Part shown: piece after piece, positions 54,057-63,400 of the stretch
Position numbering within the stretch: the stretch's first letter is position 1
Layout of the letters: each line of letters opens with the position of its first letter
Virus record (IMG/VR): IMGVR_UViG_3300005573_000085
Source: a virus
Reading direction: 5' to 3' (one strand)
Length of the DNA stretch: 64,000 nucleotides
Translations under genes and position numbers: made by a program
The notes under the pieces: generated by a model
Told to the model about the DNA's origin: nothing
Seen by the model: only the letters and a program-made list of their open reading frames with translations
Database searches by the model: none

Positions 54057-54730
54057 TACTCATCGTCTCCTTGCTCCAAGGCGTTAAGATTGTCTATTCT
54101 CTTTTTCAGCGTCTCCGCGAAATCCGGAACCTCCCTGAGAAGAATATCCCCATAAGGTATGACAAGCTCCTCGTCCCTGTCATCCAGGTCAGCGAAGTTT
54201 ATGACGAAGGCGCTATGATTTCTGTATCTTACGATATCACCGGGGGAGAGGGGCGGGCGCTTATATTCCCCGCCTGCGAGGCGCTGACCTCTGCCAACCG
54301 AGACCACCACACCCTTGCAAGGCCGCTCCACGACCTGGTCGGGCAGGACTATTCCCCCCGGTGTGACCTTTTGCACCGTGTCATCGAGAGGTCTGACGTG
54401 AACGTAATTCCCCATTGGTTCGATTTCATCTTTTCGGTGTTTCATTTTAATATAGATATCCCCTTCGCTAATGACGTAAAGATTGGGCGGAAGACCCATG
54501 TCCGAATAGTCGGTCTTCTCCGGTCCGTGTCTCATAAAGAACACGTAGTCCCCTATGGCGACATTGGGTGGAAACATATTCCCGTAGTAATCGTAAATTC
54601 CCTCGCCTACATCCAGAACCCTGCCCCATCTGGGCGTGTCTATCGCCTGGTCCGGAAGAAACAACGAACCCTTTTTCTTGGCGGGCTGTATTGTCTCTAT
54701 CAGAATGTAGTTGTTGGTCGCAATGCTCAT
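54056..54730 (-). CDS. groES: tandem (two-domain) GroES/Cpn10 co-chaperonin
   Basis: Two copies of (N)Y.LI/V......G...LPD......G.V..VG.G......V..GD.V.... Confidence 0.85.
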   Translation of the reverse strand: MSIATNNYILIETIQPAKKKGSLFLPDQAIDTPRWGRVLDVGEGIYDYYGNMFPPNVAIGDYVFFMRHGPEKTDYSDMGLPPNLYVISEGDIYIKMKHRKDEIEPMGNYVHVRPLDDTVQKVTPGGIVLPDQVVERPCKGVVVSVGRGQRLAGGEYKRPPLSPGDIVRYRNHSAFVINFADLDDRDEELVIPYGDILLREVPDFAETLKKRIDNLNALEQGDDE

Positions 54731-55200
54731 TCACTTCTCCTAAAGATTATTCTTATATCCCATCCGCCTCTTATTCTTTCGAGTTCGGGAAGACTTAAAA
54801 CTTGCTCCAGTGACAAGCTTTTTCTGTCTCCGCTGTCCCTCAGCCTCAAATACTCATCAATATCCAAAATGAAGGCCCGCTTTTTCCTGCCGGTTCCGTA
54901 ACAGATCAGGATGACGCCAACCCCACCGGCATTCTTCATCTCGGATAGAGCCTCCACCTGATGCTTTTGGACTCTTGCAAAAGGAAATAGGCCAAAGACT
55001 CTGGAAGCCTTGCATTCAATGGCCGCAGGCACCCCGTCATACACCGCGAAGAAATCGTATGCACTGTCAATCTTGTAAGATCCGCCACTCTCTCTGACGC
55101 CCTGGCTTACCGGGAGCTTTCGTATGTGAATGCTAAACGCTTTCGCTCCCTCTTTTATTTCTCTTTCAAATATCAGGCCTGATCTATTGGTTGCCGTCAT
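54727..55200 (-). CDS. recU: RecU-like Holliday junction resolvase
   Basis: NR.G..FE..I, YDF..VY.G....IECK, V..HQ..AL....GG...IL. Confidence 0.82.
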   Translation of the reverse strand: MTATNRSGLIFEREIKEGAKAFSIHIRKLPVSQGVRESGGSYKIDSAYDFFAVYDGVPAAIECKASRVFGLFPFARVQKHQVEALSEMKNAGGVGVILICYGTGRKKRAFILDIDEYLRLRDSGDRKSLSLEQVLSLPELERIRGGWDIRIIFRRSE

Positions 55201-56255
55201 TACATATTGACAATCGAGCTTACGTTCTCAATTATCTCCTCCGCAGTTACAAACGCTATTCCGCGTCTGGGCTTGCCGCTCTGCACCGAATAATCGATGA
55301 CTCTTAACGGACCGTTGCTACTTGGCACCGTAAGACCGCTTTCAACAGCGGCCGTCATCAGCACCATTGGTCCGTCAACTGCCGCACATACGTGGCTGAT
55401 TCCAGTGTCGATTGAAATGGTGCATTTCGCCAGTTTGCAAAGAGCGGCCACCGTCTTGATATCCAAACCCTCCAGCCACTCGACATCGTTGACGTCTATC
55501 CTGGGTTCGTTTTTGGCCGCGAGAAATACGAAGTCGTATTTATCCTTGAGAGCTTCAATAACCTTGTTCCACACCGAGGCGTCTATCATCTTATTGGCGT
55601 AGCCTAACGGCTTTTCACCGGGGTGGTAGAGGTGATGCCTTGAGGTGCAGCTGCTTGACAGCGCGGCACAAACAATAACAGGCTTTGAATGATTACTCAG
55701 GTAATCCTTCGCAGCCTTGATGTTCGAGGAGTCGATAACCAGATCATAATGCGTATCGCTTAAAGTGACACCAAGCTGGTCCGCAAAGCCGTGAGAAAGA
55801 TGAGGCTTTTTTATGGAAAACACGTTCTCCATTTTCTCGCCCTTCTCGTCATAGCAGTTCTCCACTTTTGTAACGGAGGTTCTTCTGCCGCACCAACCCA
55901 TGGCGGCTCCGGGATCCAGAATACAGAAAAGATCCCCGTTCGGCCTTTCCCACAGCTTGCCGGAAACCGTGGTGTCGTATAGAATGTTCTCGCAATCCTT
56001 GATATCGGGAGGCTTGGGTGATAATTTTTCAATAAGTTTCATTCGGTCCGTATCGGAAATAAATTGCAAAATGTCAATGTAAGGATTGCCCTCGAGCATC
56101 CTTTGAAACGAGGCGTCCTGAGCGAACATGGCCACCTTGTATTCAGGGCCAAGCCTTCTTTTAAACTCCCTTACTGCCGGTGTTGTCATTAATGAATCAC
56201 CGAGAAGATTATGGTTAATCAGTATGGCTAACGCCATTTCCATTTTTCCTTTCAA
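55200..56255 (-). CDS. glycosyltransferase family 9 (heptosyltransferase-like)
   Basis: LGD.LM.TPA.R, AAL...A...IS.DTG..H..AA. Confidence 0.85.
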   Translation of the reverse strand: MKGKMEMALAILINHNLLGDSLMTTPAVREFKRRLGPEYKVAMFAQDASFQRMLEGNPYIDILQFISDTDRMKLIEKLSPKPPDIKDCENILYDTTVSGKLWERPNGDLFCILDPGAAMGWCGRRTSVTKVENCYDEKGEKMENVFSIKKPHLSHGFADQLGVTLSDTHYDLVIDSSNIKAAKDYLSNHSKPVIVCAALSSSCTSRHHLYHPGEKPLGYANKMIDASVWNKVIEALKDKYDFVFLAAKNEPRIDVNDVEWLEGLDIKTVAALCKLAKCTISIDTGISHVCAAVDGPMVLMTAAVESGLTVPSSNGPLRVIDYSVQSGKPRRGIAFVTAEEIIENVSSIVNM

Positions 56256-56273
56256 AATAACCTATTCACGGGT

Positions 56274-56282
56274 ATTATAGCA
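56274..56282 (-). promoter_or_regulatory. extended -10 promoter (TGcTATAAT)
   Basis: Perfect extended -10 on the - strand between dnaB and the GT9 gene. Confidence 0.6.
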
Positions 56283-56289
56283 TAAACCA

Positions 56290-58272
56290 TCACACCCCTC
56301 CGTAGATGATATCCAAATAGGTCTCCTGGTTCTCCGCCTCCTTCAGTCTGGCCTGGGAGGGCCACTGCTGAAAGACAATGATGCTGTTGAAATCGGACAC
56401 CTTCGACTTCAGGAAGTGAGCCTCGACTATCGGAAGGTCAACTTTCTCCCCGTCCGGCTTTTTACCGGTCCAGAAAACCTTGGCCTTTCCCTTGTTCAGT
56501 TTCATGTCGTTGTGTATTCCTATGACGACCTTCGCTGAGTAAGCCAGGAAGTTATTTCCCTTAAGGTCCTCGAGGGTCGGACGCCTGCCCCCGTTTTTTC
56601 TAAGGTGGGTCGAGGCTATGAGCACGGAATCGGTTCTAACTATGAGCCTGTTCAGCTCCTTGGTCACCGATTCGGACCTGACGTAAGGGTCATCGCTTTT
56701 AACCATCGCCTCTATGTCATTAAGGGAGTCGAGTATGACCACGACTTTTGCCGAAGGGTTTTCCCTTCTTATCTCCTCGGTCTTCGATATGATGAATTTA
56801 ATATCGGATTGCGATCCGTTGCCATTCGACCCGCTTTCCCACATGAGAAGTCTGCCGCTGTCGACCCAGGACTTGAATTCATTGCAGGCTTTTACAAATC
56901 TGTCTATCTTGTCGGGGTCAATCACGTTATTCATGAAGTCAACGGTATTCATGTCAAGGTGAGCCATTGCCGCGATATACTGCGTTATTCTTTTGCTCTT
57001 TGGGTCATCCATCGTAAAGTCAACGACTATCGCGTCCCTGTTTCTCGCCAGGATGTTCCTGGATAGAAAGGTGAGAACCTGACTGTTATGAACTACGAAG
57101 TCATTGGCTAAAAATGTGTGGTCCTCCTCGACCTCAAGGCATCTGCACGGGACAAGCCCTTCGGGATTAATGCTTGTAATTTTATCGGCTATGAATTCAC
57201 CGGGGAAACACCCCCTGCGGGGATAGTGACTCGCTATCGCAGCCCGCTTTTTCCCGGTGAGAGGTATGACCTCCGCGAACCTGGCTATGTCCTCCGGGTC
57301 GGAGATTGAAAGCCTCCATGAAGGATGCCCTCTCCTTTTCAAATAGGAGCGATGCTTCGAACTCAAAACGGAGTTAATTCCCAACCGAAGAAGCAGCCTC
57401 TGAATTCCCTCCAGCGCGCCTCTCTCCGCGGAGTAAAACTTAAGAACGATTGTTCGCCCGATGTCAAGCACCGTTCCGTTGCATGCGAAGAACGAGGCCA
57501 GGAAATGAGCTATCCCGCGGTTGTCTAGCCTGAACACCCAGTCGGGCGCCCTTCTTGAATCGGAAAGGCTTTCGACTATTCCGCTGTCAATCAACCAGTC
57601 CCGGATTCCTTCGGATACGTAAACCCTTCGGGTCCTCTCGACCGCCAAACCTTTAAACCCTTTGCGCCCGATAAGATTTAGTATGTCGGCAGCGCCCTCC
57701 CTATCGGGATACGCTATGGTGACGTTGAACGACCTGTCATTCATCGTCACATGTCCATCTCCTATGAAGTACCCCGCAAGTCTCGCATCCTCCGGCCCGA
57801 ACCTCACGTCATTCGGTCCTGCGGAAACATTGCGGACCAGTGCCAACTTGTCGCTCACCGTCAGATCCTTCGCGTTTTTCCAACCACCGGGGGTGAGGAA
57901 CGGGTGGTCGAGCGCGGCAACAACCTCTCTTCCGGTCCGCGTCCTTATTCTCAGGCACTCCAGCTTTCCCTGCGTGTAAACGTTAAGAACCCTCCGCGCC
58001 CTTCCCCTGTGGGTTATCACCTCGTCCCCGATTTTAATCTCCCTGAGCGGCTTATAGGAGCCATCGCCCATTAAAATTGGAGTGCTCTCGTCAACGGGCT
58101 TTCCGAAATTGGCGACTCCGCCCACCAGAAGCGACATGCCGCCCTTCATTCCCTTGAGGGCGTAATTCATACGATCGCTTCCCCAGTCAAGATAATAGGC
58201 CTTTTCCTTCTTGCATTCAGCCAGCCATCTCTCGAAATCCTGCGCGTTACTGATTATATCCTCTGTGTTCAT
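56290..58272 (-). CDS. dnaB: DnaB-like replicative helicase (C-terminal RecA-like domain only) interrupted by an intein
   Basis: Walker A GVANFGK|S split by the intein; VVILDSL, STHLRK, LKG...L.Y.AKVV, K.K. Confidence 0.88.
   Translation of the reverse strand: MNTEDIISNAQDFERWLAECKKEKAYYLDWGSDRMNYALKGMKGGMSLLVGGVANFGKPVDESTPILMGDGSYKPLREIKIGDEVITHRGRARRVLNVYTQGKLECLRIRTRTGREVVAALDHPFLTPGGWKNAKDLTVSDKLALVRNVSAGPNDVRFGPEDARLAGYFIGDGHVTMNDRSFNVTIAYPDREGAADILNLIGRKGFKGLAVERTRRVYVSEGIRDWLIDSGIVESLSDSRRAPDWVFRLDNRGIAHFLASFFACNGTVLDIGRTIVLKFYSAERGALEGIQRLLLRLGINSVLSSKHRSYLKRRGHPSWRLSISDPEDIARFAEVIPLTGKKRAAIASHYPRRGCFPGEFIADKITSINPEGLVPCRCLEVEEDHTFLANDFVVHNSQVLTFLSRNILARNRDAIVVDFTMDDPKSKRITQYIAAMAHLDMNTVDFMNNVIDPDKIDRFVKACNEFKSWVDSGRLLMWESGSNGNGSQSDIKFIISKTEEIRRENPSAKVVVILDSLNDIEAMVKSDDPYVRSESVTKELNRLIVRTDSVLIASTHLRKNGGRRPTLEDLKGNNFLAYSAKVVIGIHNDMKLNKGKAKVFWTGKKPDGEKVDLPIVEAHFLKSKVSDFNSIIVFQQWPSQARLKEAENQETYLDIIYGGV
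57085..58098 (-). mobile_element. 338-aa intein with LAGLIDADG homing endonuclease, starting with Pro
   Basis: Block A PVDESTPIL, block B A.LDHPF, block C LAGYFIGDG, block E FLASFFACNG, block F PCRCLEV, block G VVHN/S. Confidence 0.9.
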
Positions 58273-58284
58273 TGTATTTAGCGG

Positions 58285-58311
58285 AAAACCACCGCTCCTC
58301 AGGGCGGTGGG
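58285..58311 (-). terminator. intrinsic terminator-like hairpin upstream of dnaB
   Basis: On - strand CCACCGCCC-TGAG-GAGCGGTGG-TTTT. Confidence 0.65.
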
Positions 58312-58378
58312 TTAATTCCCTCTCCTTTTCCCGATAAGTTTTTAGTTTAATAAAACAATGAATTGCCGTTTCCCCCGC

Positions 58379-58747
58379 CTAAAGCAGGTCCTCCTCAAGC
58401 ATGACCGGCTCGAGGATACCATCCGTGTTCACCGAAAAAGCCTTCAGGATAGCCCAGGGAAGGTTGACGTCCGAAAAGGTGACATTATCGTTAGCCCTTC
58501 GCACGAACCAGCCGCGACCGGTGTCGGTGATATCGGTGTGCACGTAAAAAGGCTCGCTACCGCTCCTAATCATATAGGCTAGGTAGTGAATATCAATGTC
58601 GTTCGGATATTCAACCCCGTCAGAGTCAACCCAGTAATAATTTCCATCGTTATCGTAGCTCCACAGAAGATCGTTGTGAAACACCCAGTGGCTTACAATC
58701 GCCCACTGAACGTTGCCCGGCAGTCCGACAAACTCCTCTCGCGTCAT
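58379..58747 (-). CDS. hypothetical protein
   Basis: GAGGG RBS, 122 aa. Confidence 0.65.
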   Translation of the reverse strand: MTREEFVGLPGNVQWAIVSHWVFHNDLLWSYDNDGNYYWVDSDGVEYPNDIDIHYLAYMIRSGSEPFYVHTDITDTGRGWFVRRANDNVTFSDVNLPWAILKAFSVNTDGILEPVMLEEDLL

Positions 58748-58782
58748 TTACCCTCTCCTATTAACAACCGCCTTGTTGCGAA

Positions 58783-59502
58783 CTACTCCACGTCCTCGTC
58801 ACCGTCATCCTCCGAAATGGACAGTGCGTTATCCTTGTCGGCTTGCGCCATTGGTATCCACTCGGACTCCAGAACCCAGGGGTCGGAACCGCGATTTCTA
58901 TCGGTGGACCCTATTCTCCAAAGATCTATGGCCTGTAAAATCACATCGAGCTCGATTCCGGATGACAGCAAATACCTAAGTATTCCGATAAGCTTTTTCC
59001 TATCGACATGTTCGGGCTCAAGCTCGCTTACGTAGTAGTCAGCCAGGTTCTCGAGGGTGAATGACTTAACCCTTCGCACTCCGCCCGAAGAGATAACCGC
59101 CCCCGTGTCCTCGTCATATTCGGGCGGGACTACGATTTTCAACGCGTGATGCGTGTATTTTTCAGTGTCCGACAGAAGGTTGACGTTGTTGGAGTCCGAG
59201 GTGGGAGGGATGGGAGGGATGGCGTCTGAAAATCGGTCGCACGAAATTTTGCTGTCTCTCACCTGCAGCAGCCTGTCCCTTATGGTTTGAATCGTCCATC
59301 CCCGGGCGAGCCTGTCTTCGAGGATCGCCATCGAAGACCTCCAGTGGGGGTTTGTCTCATAGCCGTCCTTGAATCCCTCGGAGCGGTCCGACACCGCGTA
59401 GTTCTTCGCTATGTGTCTGAAGAAATAGTCAAGGAGCAGCTCCTTGTCAGTCAGTTTGGTCTTCGCCATCCGGCTCGCCTCCTTCGAAATCATTGCCGTC
59501 AT
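58783..59502 (-). CDS. hypothetical protein in the helicase operon
   Basis: 239 aa, acidic C-terminus. Confidence 0.65.
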   Translation of the reverse strand: MTAMISKEASRMAKTKLTDKELLLDYFFRHIAKNYAVSDRSEGFKDGYETNPHWRSSMAILEDRLARGWTIQTIRDRLLQVRDSKISCDRFSDAIPPIPPTSDSNNVNLLSDTEKYTHHALKIVVPPEYDEDTGAVISSGGVRRVKSFTLENLADYYVSELEPEHVDRKKLIGILRYLLSSGIELDVILQAIDLWRIGSTDRNRGSDPWVLESEWIPMAQADKDNALSISEDDGDEDVE

Positions 59503-59809
59503 CCAGGTAGTCCTCTAGCGCTCGTCTGTTCACTATTCTGGAGGAGCCGTCCCTTTCATAGATACAGTAAGCCGTGTCCTCTCTCATAAGGATATTCTCC
59601 TTTTGCACGTAATTGGACATCTCGGACAGCTCGTATTTCAGCATATTAAGAAACAGGTCCAGGTTATCTTCGCTAAGATATTGAACAATGGCGGCCGCCA
59701 TCATTCGTATGGCTTTGTCCTGTACGTCATTGGGTTTAAGATTATACCCCACTCTAAACTTAATGTCGATATCCTCGTTGGAAGGAACATTGATTGTTAT
59801 AGCGCTCAC
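59447..59809 (-). CDS. hypothetical protein
   Basis: AAGGAG RBS; first gene after the consensus promoter. Confidence 0.7.
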   Translation of the reverse strand: MSAITINVPSNEDIDIKFRVGYNLKPNDVQDKAIRMMAAAIVQYLSEDNLDLFLNMLKYELSEMSNYVQKENILMREDTAYCIYERDGSSRIVNRRALEDYLDDGNDFEGGEPDGEDQTD

Positions 59810-59876
59810 CGGTTTCTCCTTTTATAAAAATAGAGGACGAAACGATATTCGCCCTCTCTTCGCCTTTTCCTCTATC

Positions 59877-59905
59877 ATTATACGCCATTCAACATGAAAT
59901 GTCAA
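59877..59905 (-). promoter_or_regulatory. consensus sigma70/sigmaA promoter driving the - strand replication block
   Basis: TTGACA-17 bp-TATAAT, perfect consensus. Confidence 0.9.
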
Positions 59906-59915
59906 CAGCGAAGGC

Positions 59916-60467
59916 TCAATTCCAGTACAGGCTTATTTCCAGATGCGGCATGACCGGCTGATTCCCTCCTTGGACCTCTCCGGTGGTTTGCACTTGTATG
60001 TATATGGGATCGGATAACGCACCGGGGAGGTTGGCCGGGGCGTTAACATATAGAAAATGATCGGCCTGTCCGTCAAAAAGCCACAACCCGCTGACCGCCA
60101 CCACCGAAGTGGAAGACACCGGAGGGGTGAAGGCCGAGGCGGGGGTGGTGCCTATCATGAAATAGCATCCGCTAGGAGCCACGTAGTTGGGGCACCATAC
60201 TCTCATTCCCATTAAGCCGTTGTCAGCCGTGCTAATAACCTTGAGCCCGAATATGAACTCGTAACTATTGGAGCCCTGCATTACGGGATATATGGCTGAC
60301 CAATCGATGGAGGCTTGAGGCCCCGTGGCGAGGTTTGAGCTCGACAGGTCCACCACCCCACTAAGAGCCTCAATGGTGGCTCCCGCTCCGTTGGTTAGCG
60401 AAAACTCCGTAACTTCATTTGGAGTCCAAGCCGTGGTTCCTTGTACGTAAATAAATGTAGGTTCCAT
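59916..60467 (-). CDS. putative virion structural beta-sandwich protein
   Basis: AAGGGGG RBS; Thr/Ser/Pro/Gly-rich beta pattern; directly follows the repetitive fibre-like gene. Confidence 0.6.
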   Translation of the reverse strand: MEPTFIYVQGTTAWTPNEVTEFSLTNGAGATIEALSGVVDLSSSNLATGPQASIDWSAIYPVMQGSNSYEFIFGLKVISTADNGLMGMRVWCPNYVAPSGCYFMIGTTPASAFTPPVSSTSVVAVSGLWLFDGQADHFLYVNAPANLPGALSDPIYIQVQTTGEVQGGNQPVMPHLEISLYWN

Positions 60468-60476
60468 ATAGCCCCC

Positions 60477-63400
60477 TTACACTTCATATTCCCCTTCGTC
60501 CAATGGTAAATCATTAACGGTGATGACCGGCTTGTCCGGATCCATCGTTCCCTTCGGATAGTATATTCTATATGTCCATCTATACTTCGGGCCGAATGGA
60601 ACTCTAAGAGTCACTTTTCCGGTATTGCCAACGACCGCTGTGACTATTCCATTCCCCACGGCTATTCCACTCATATCGGTGCCCTTGGGCATCACATCGA
60701 CAATCGCGCCTTCAGCTATCCTGCTTTTACCGTACGGGTCGGTGGCTGTAAGTATCGGACCCAGGGATATATCCAGCCTAAAGCCTGAATAATCAGGCGC
60801 GGTGTACGGCTTGCCAGGAATGGCGATGATTAGATGAGAAGTTAGTTGACCGTAAATAGGGGCTCTTACGGTCATTCCGGTATTGACGAACCCGCTGGCG
60901 TATGCGAAGTTGGTGATAACCTCGCTTTCGGAAATACTTGAGTAATCCGTAAACACCGGGAGGGTGACCTCGGTATCAAGATCGGAAATGTGGACGACAT
61001 CGTCCGGAGCGGATGCGACAGTATAAGAAGTTACGCCATCCGATAGATAAGACACGTCATTTATAGCAAGAACAAGGCCTATCACCTGCGCGTTTTCCCG
61101 AACAGCCGCACCGTCAATGAGCACGTACTGAGGGGGAAATCCCACCCTGTCCGATAGACCGGAAAAATCATTGATAATCAAGGACTGAATAACGGAAAGC
61201 GCCACGTCCATGAACGAAGCATAGTCGTAAACCCCTGAAAATCCCTGAGAGACGGCCCCATCCGAAGACTGAGCGCTATCGGACAGGAAGTTGGAGCTGG
61301 CCGCTTCCCCGCTGTCAACCCCCGCTATGGCGTCCGCAATCGAGGATGATATTCCCATAGGGGATGTTGAATCCGAAATAGCGGATGAATCAAAGGCGGA
61401 TGCCAGCACCCCTATCAGGTTTATCTTATCCGATACGAGGCCAAAGTCGGCCAGGATGTAATTCGCGGGGTTGGCTACGGAATCGGACGCCATTATGGAG
61501 TCGGTCTCCGCAATCAGGACGGGATTGGGCAGCAGCGTATCGAACACCGTTATCGGGTCAAGGGCTATTGCCGTGATAGCCGAGCTTACGCCATCGGAGA
61601 ACGAGGAGGAGTCGGCCACCAGCCCTTGAGCCAGCGAGAGCTGTATTGCATCGGAGCCTGCAACCGGATCGATAACCCCTATTACCGGAAGACTGGCCAC
61701 GGACTGGTCGCTGGCTATCGACAAATCCAAGCCCGTGAAAAATCCCGAAGCCTGCGAGAAGTCATAGGCTAGCAGAGAGTCCTGAATTGAATTCGAGGAC
61801 GAGGCTTCAGGCGCGTCCGAGGCTGACGCTGAGTCCCCCACCCCGGTGAGAATTCCCATGGTGATTACGGTATCCTGAACATTGCCATAATCATACAGTA
61901 TCTTCGAGCCCGGTATGGCGGTAAGGTCAATGGCCGATATGAAGTCATACAGTTCCGATATTACAAGGGCTGACTGGGTTATATCCAATACGGATGCCGA
62001 GTCTAATGACAGGGATTGCGCGGCCACCGAATATATGTCATTACCCAACGCAAAGTCCGAGGCGTCCGTCATTGAATACGAAGTCAGAATATCGCTGAAC
62101 GTCACGGAGTCGGGAATGGCGAGAGACGAGTTGGCGGAGGATACGTCCGTCCCCGTTATCGAATCGTAAATGGAAGCAAGAATTCCAAGAGTGCTTACGG
62201 TGTCCTGAACGTTCCCGTAGTCGTAAAGTATTTTCGCACCCGGTATCAGGGTGAAGTCGGATGCCGATATGAAGTCGTAAAGCTCGGATACTATCGGAGC
62301 CGACTGAACGGCATCGGTCGCGGATACGGAATCTGAAGGCAGCGATTGCAGAGCCACCGAATATATGTCCGCGCCTATCGCCAGGTCCGATGTGTTCGTC
62401 ACGGAATAGGATGTCGAGATATCCGCACCTAATGCCAAATCGGATACGCCCGCCATGGAATTGGATGACAGAATATCCACGCCTGACGTTAAGTCCAACA
62501 CTCCGGCTGCGGAGTACGAGGCGAGAATGTCAGCGCCTGATATTAAGTCAGATATATTCGTTCCTGAATTGGAAGCGAGAATATCCGCGCCTAGCGTTGC
62601 ATCGGACGCGGTCGCCATGGAATTGGAAGTCAAAGCGTCAACGCCCGATGCCAGGTCCGACATGACGGGCGCGGGGCTGGAATTTAGGATGTCATTGAAT
62701 AGCGCGGAATCTGAAAAAGCGGTGGTCGCACTGGCCGAGGATACGTCCACCCCGGTTACCGAATCATATATCGAGGTGAGAACGCCCAGTGTTATGACAG
62801 TGTCCTGAACGTTTCCGTAATCGTAGAGTATTTTCGCACCAGGTATGGTAGTGAAATCGGATGCCGATATGAAATCGTACAATCCTGACAGTACGGGAAC
62901 GGACTGAATCGCATCAGTCACGAATATTGAATCGGAGAGCAAGGGTTGCACGGCTATGGAATACATATCCCCGCCCAAGGCCGTATCCAATATGTTTATC
63001 ATGGAATTAGAGGTCAGGGTGTCCCCGCCCAGCACCAAGTCCGATAAGCCTGTCCTGGAATAGGACGTCAGGATGTCCCCGCCCAGCACCAAGTCCGATA
63101 AGCCTGTCCTGGAATAGGACGTCAGGATGTCCCCGCCCAGCACCAAGTCCGATAAGCCTGTCCTGGAATAGGACGTCAGAATATCCAACCCCAACGCCAG
63201 GTCCGACACACTCAGCGCAGAATAGGAGGTGGAGGTGTCGATACCTGACACCAGGTCTGCGGTGTTTGTCACGGAATTGGAGGCTAGGACATCACCGCCC
63301 AGTATGAAGTCCGCCAGGTTTGTCGTGGATGAGGATGTCAGGATATCGGCACCCAGCGCCATATCCGGCAGAGCTGACGTTGAATAGGAGGCCAAGGCGT

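Noticed and set aside
63020-63179. CRISPR array
   Set aside because: Repeats are contiguous in-frame coding units with no unique spacers; no CRISPR array was seen anywhere in the window.
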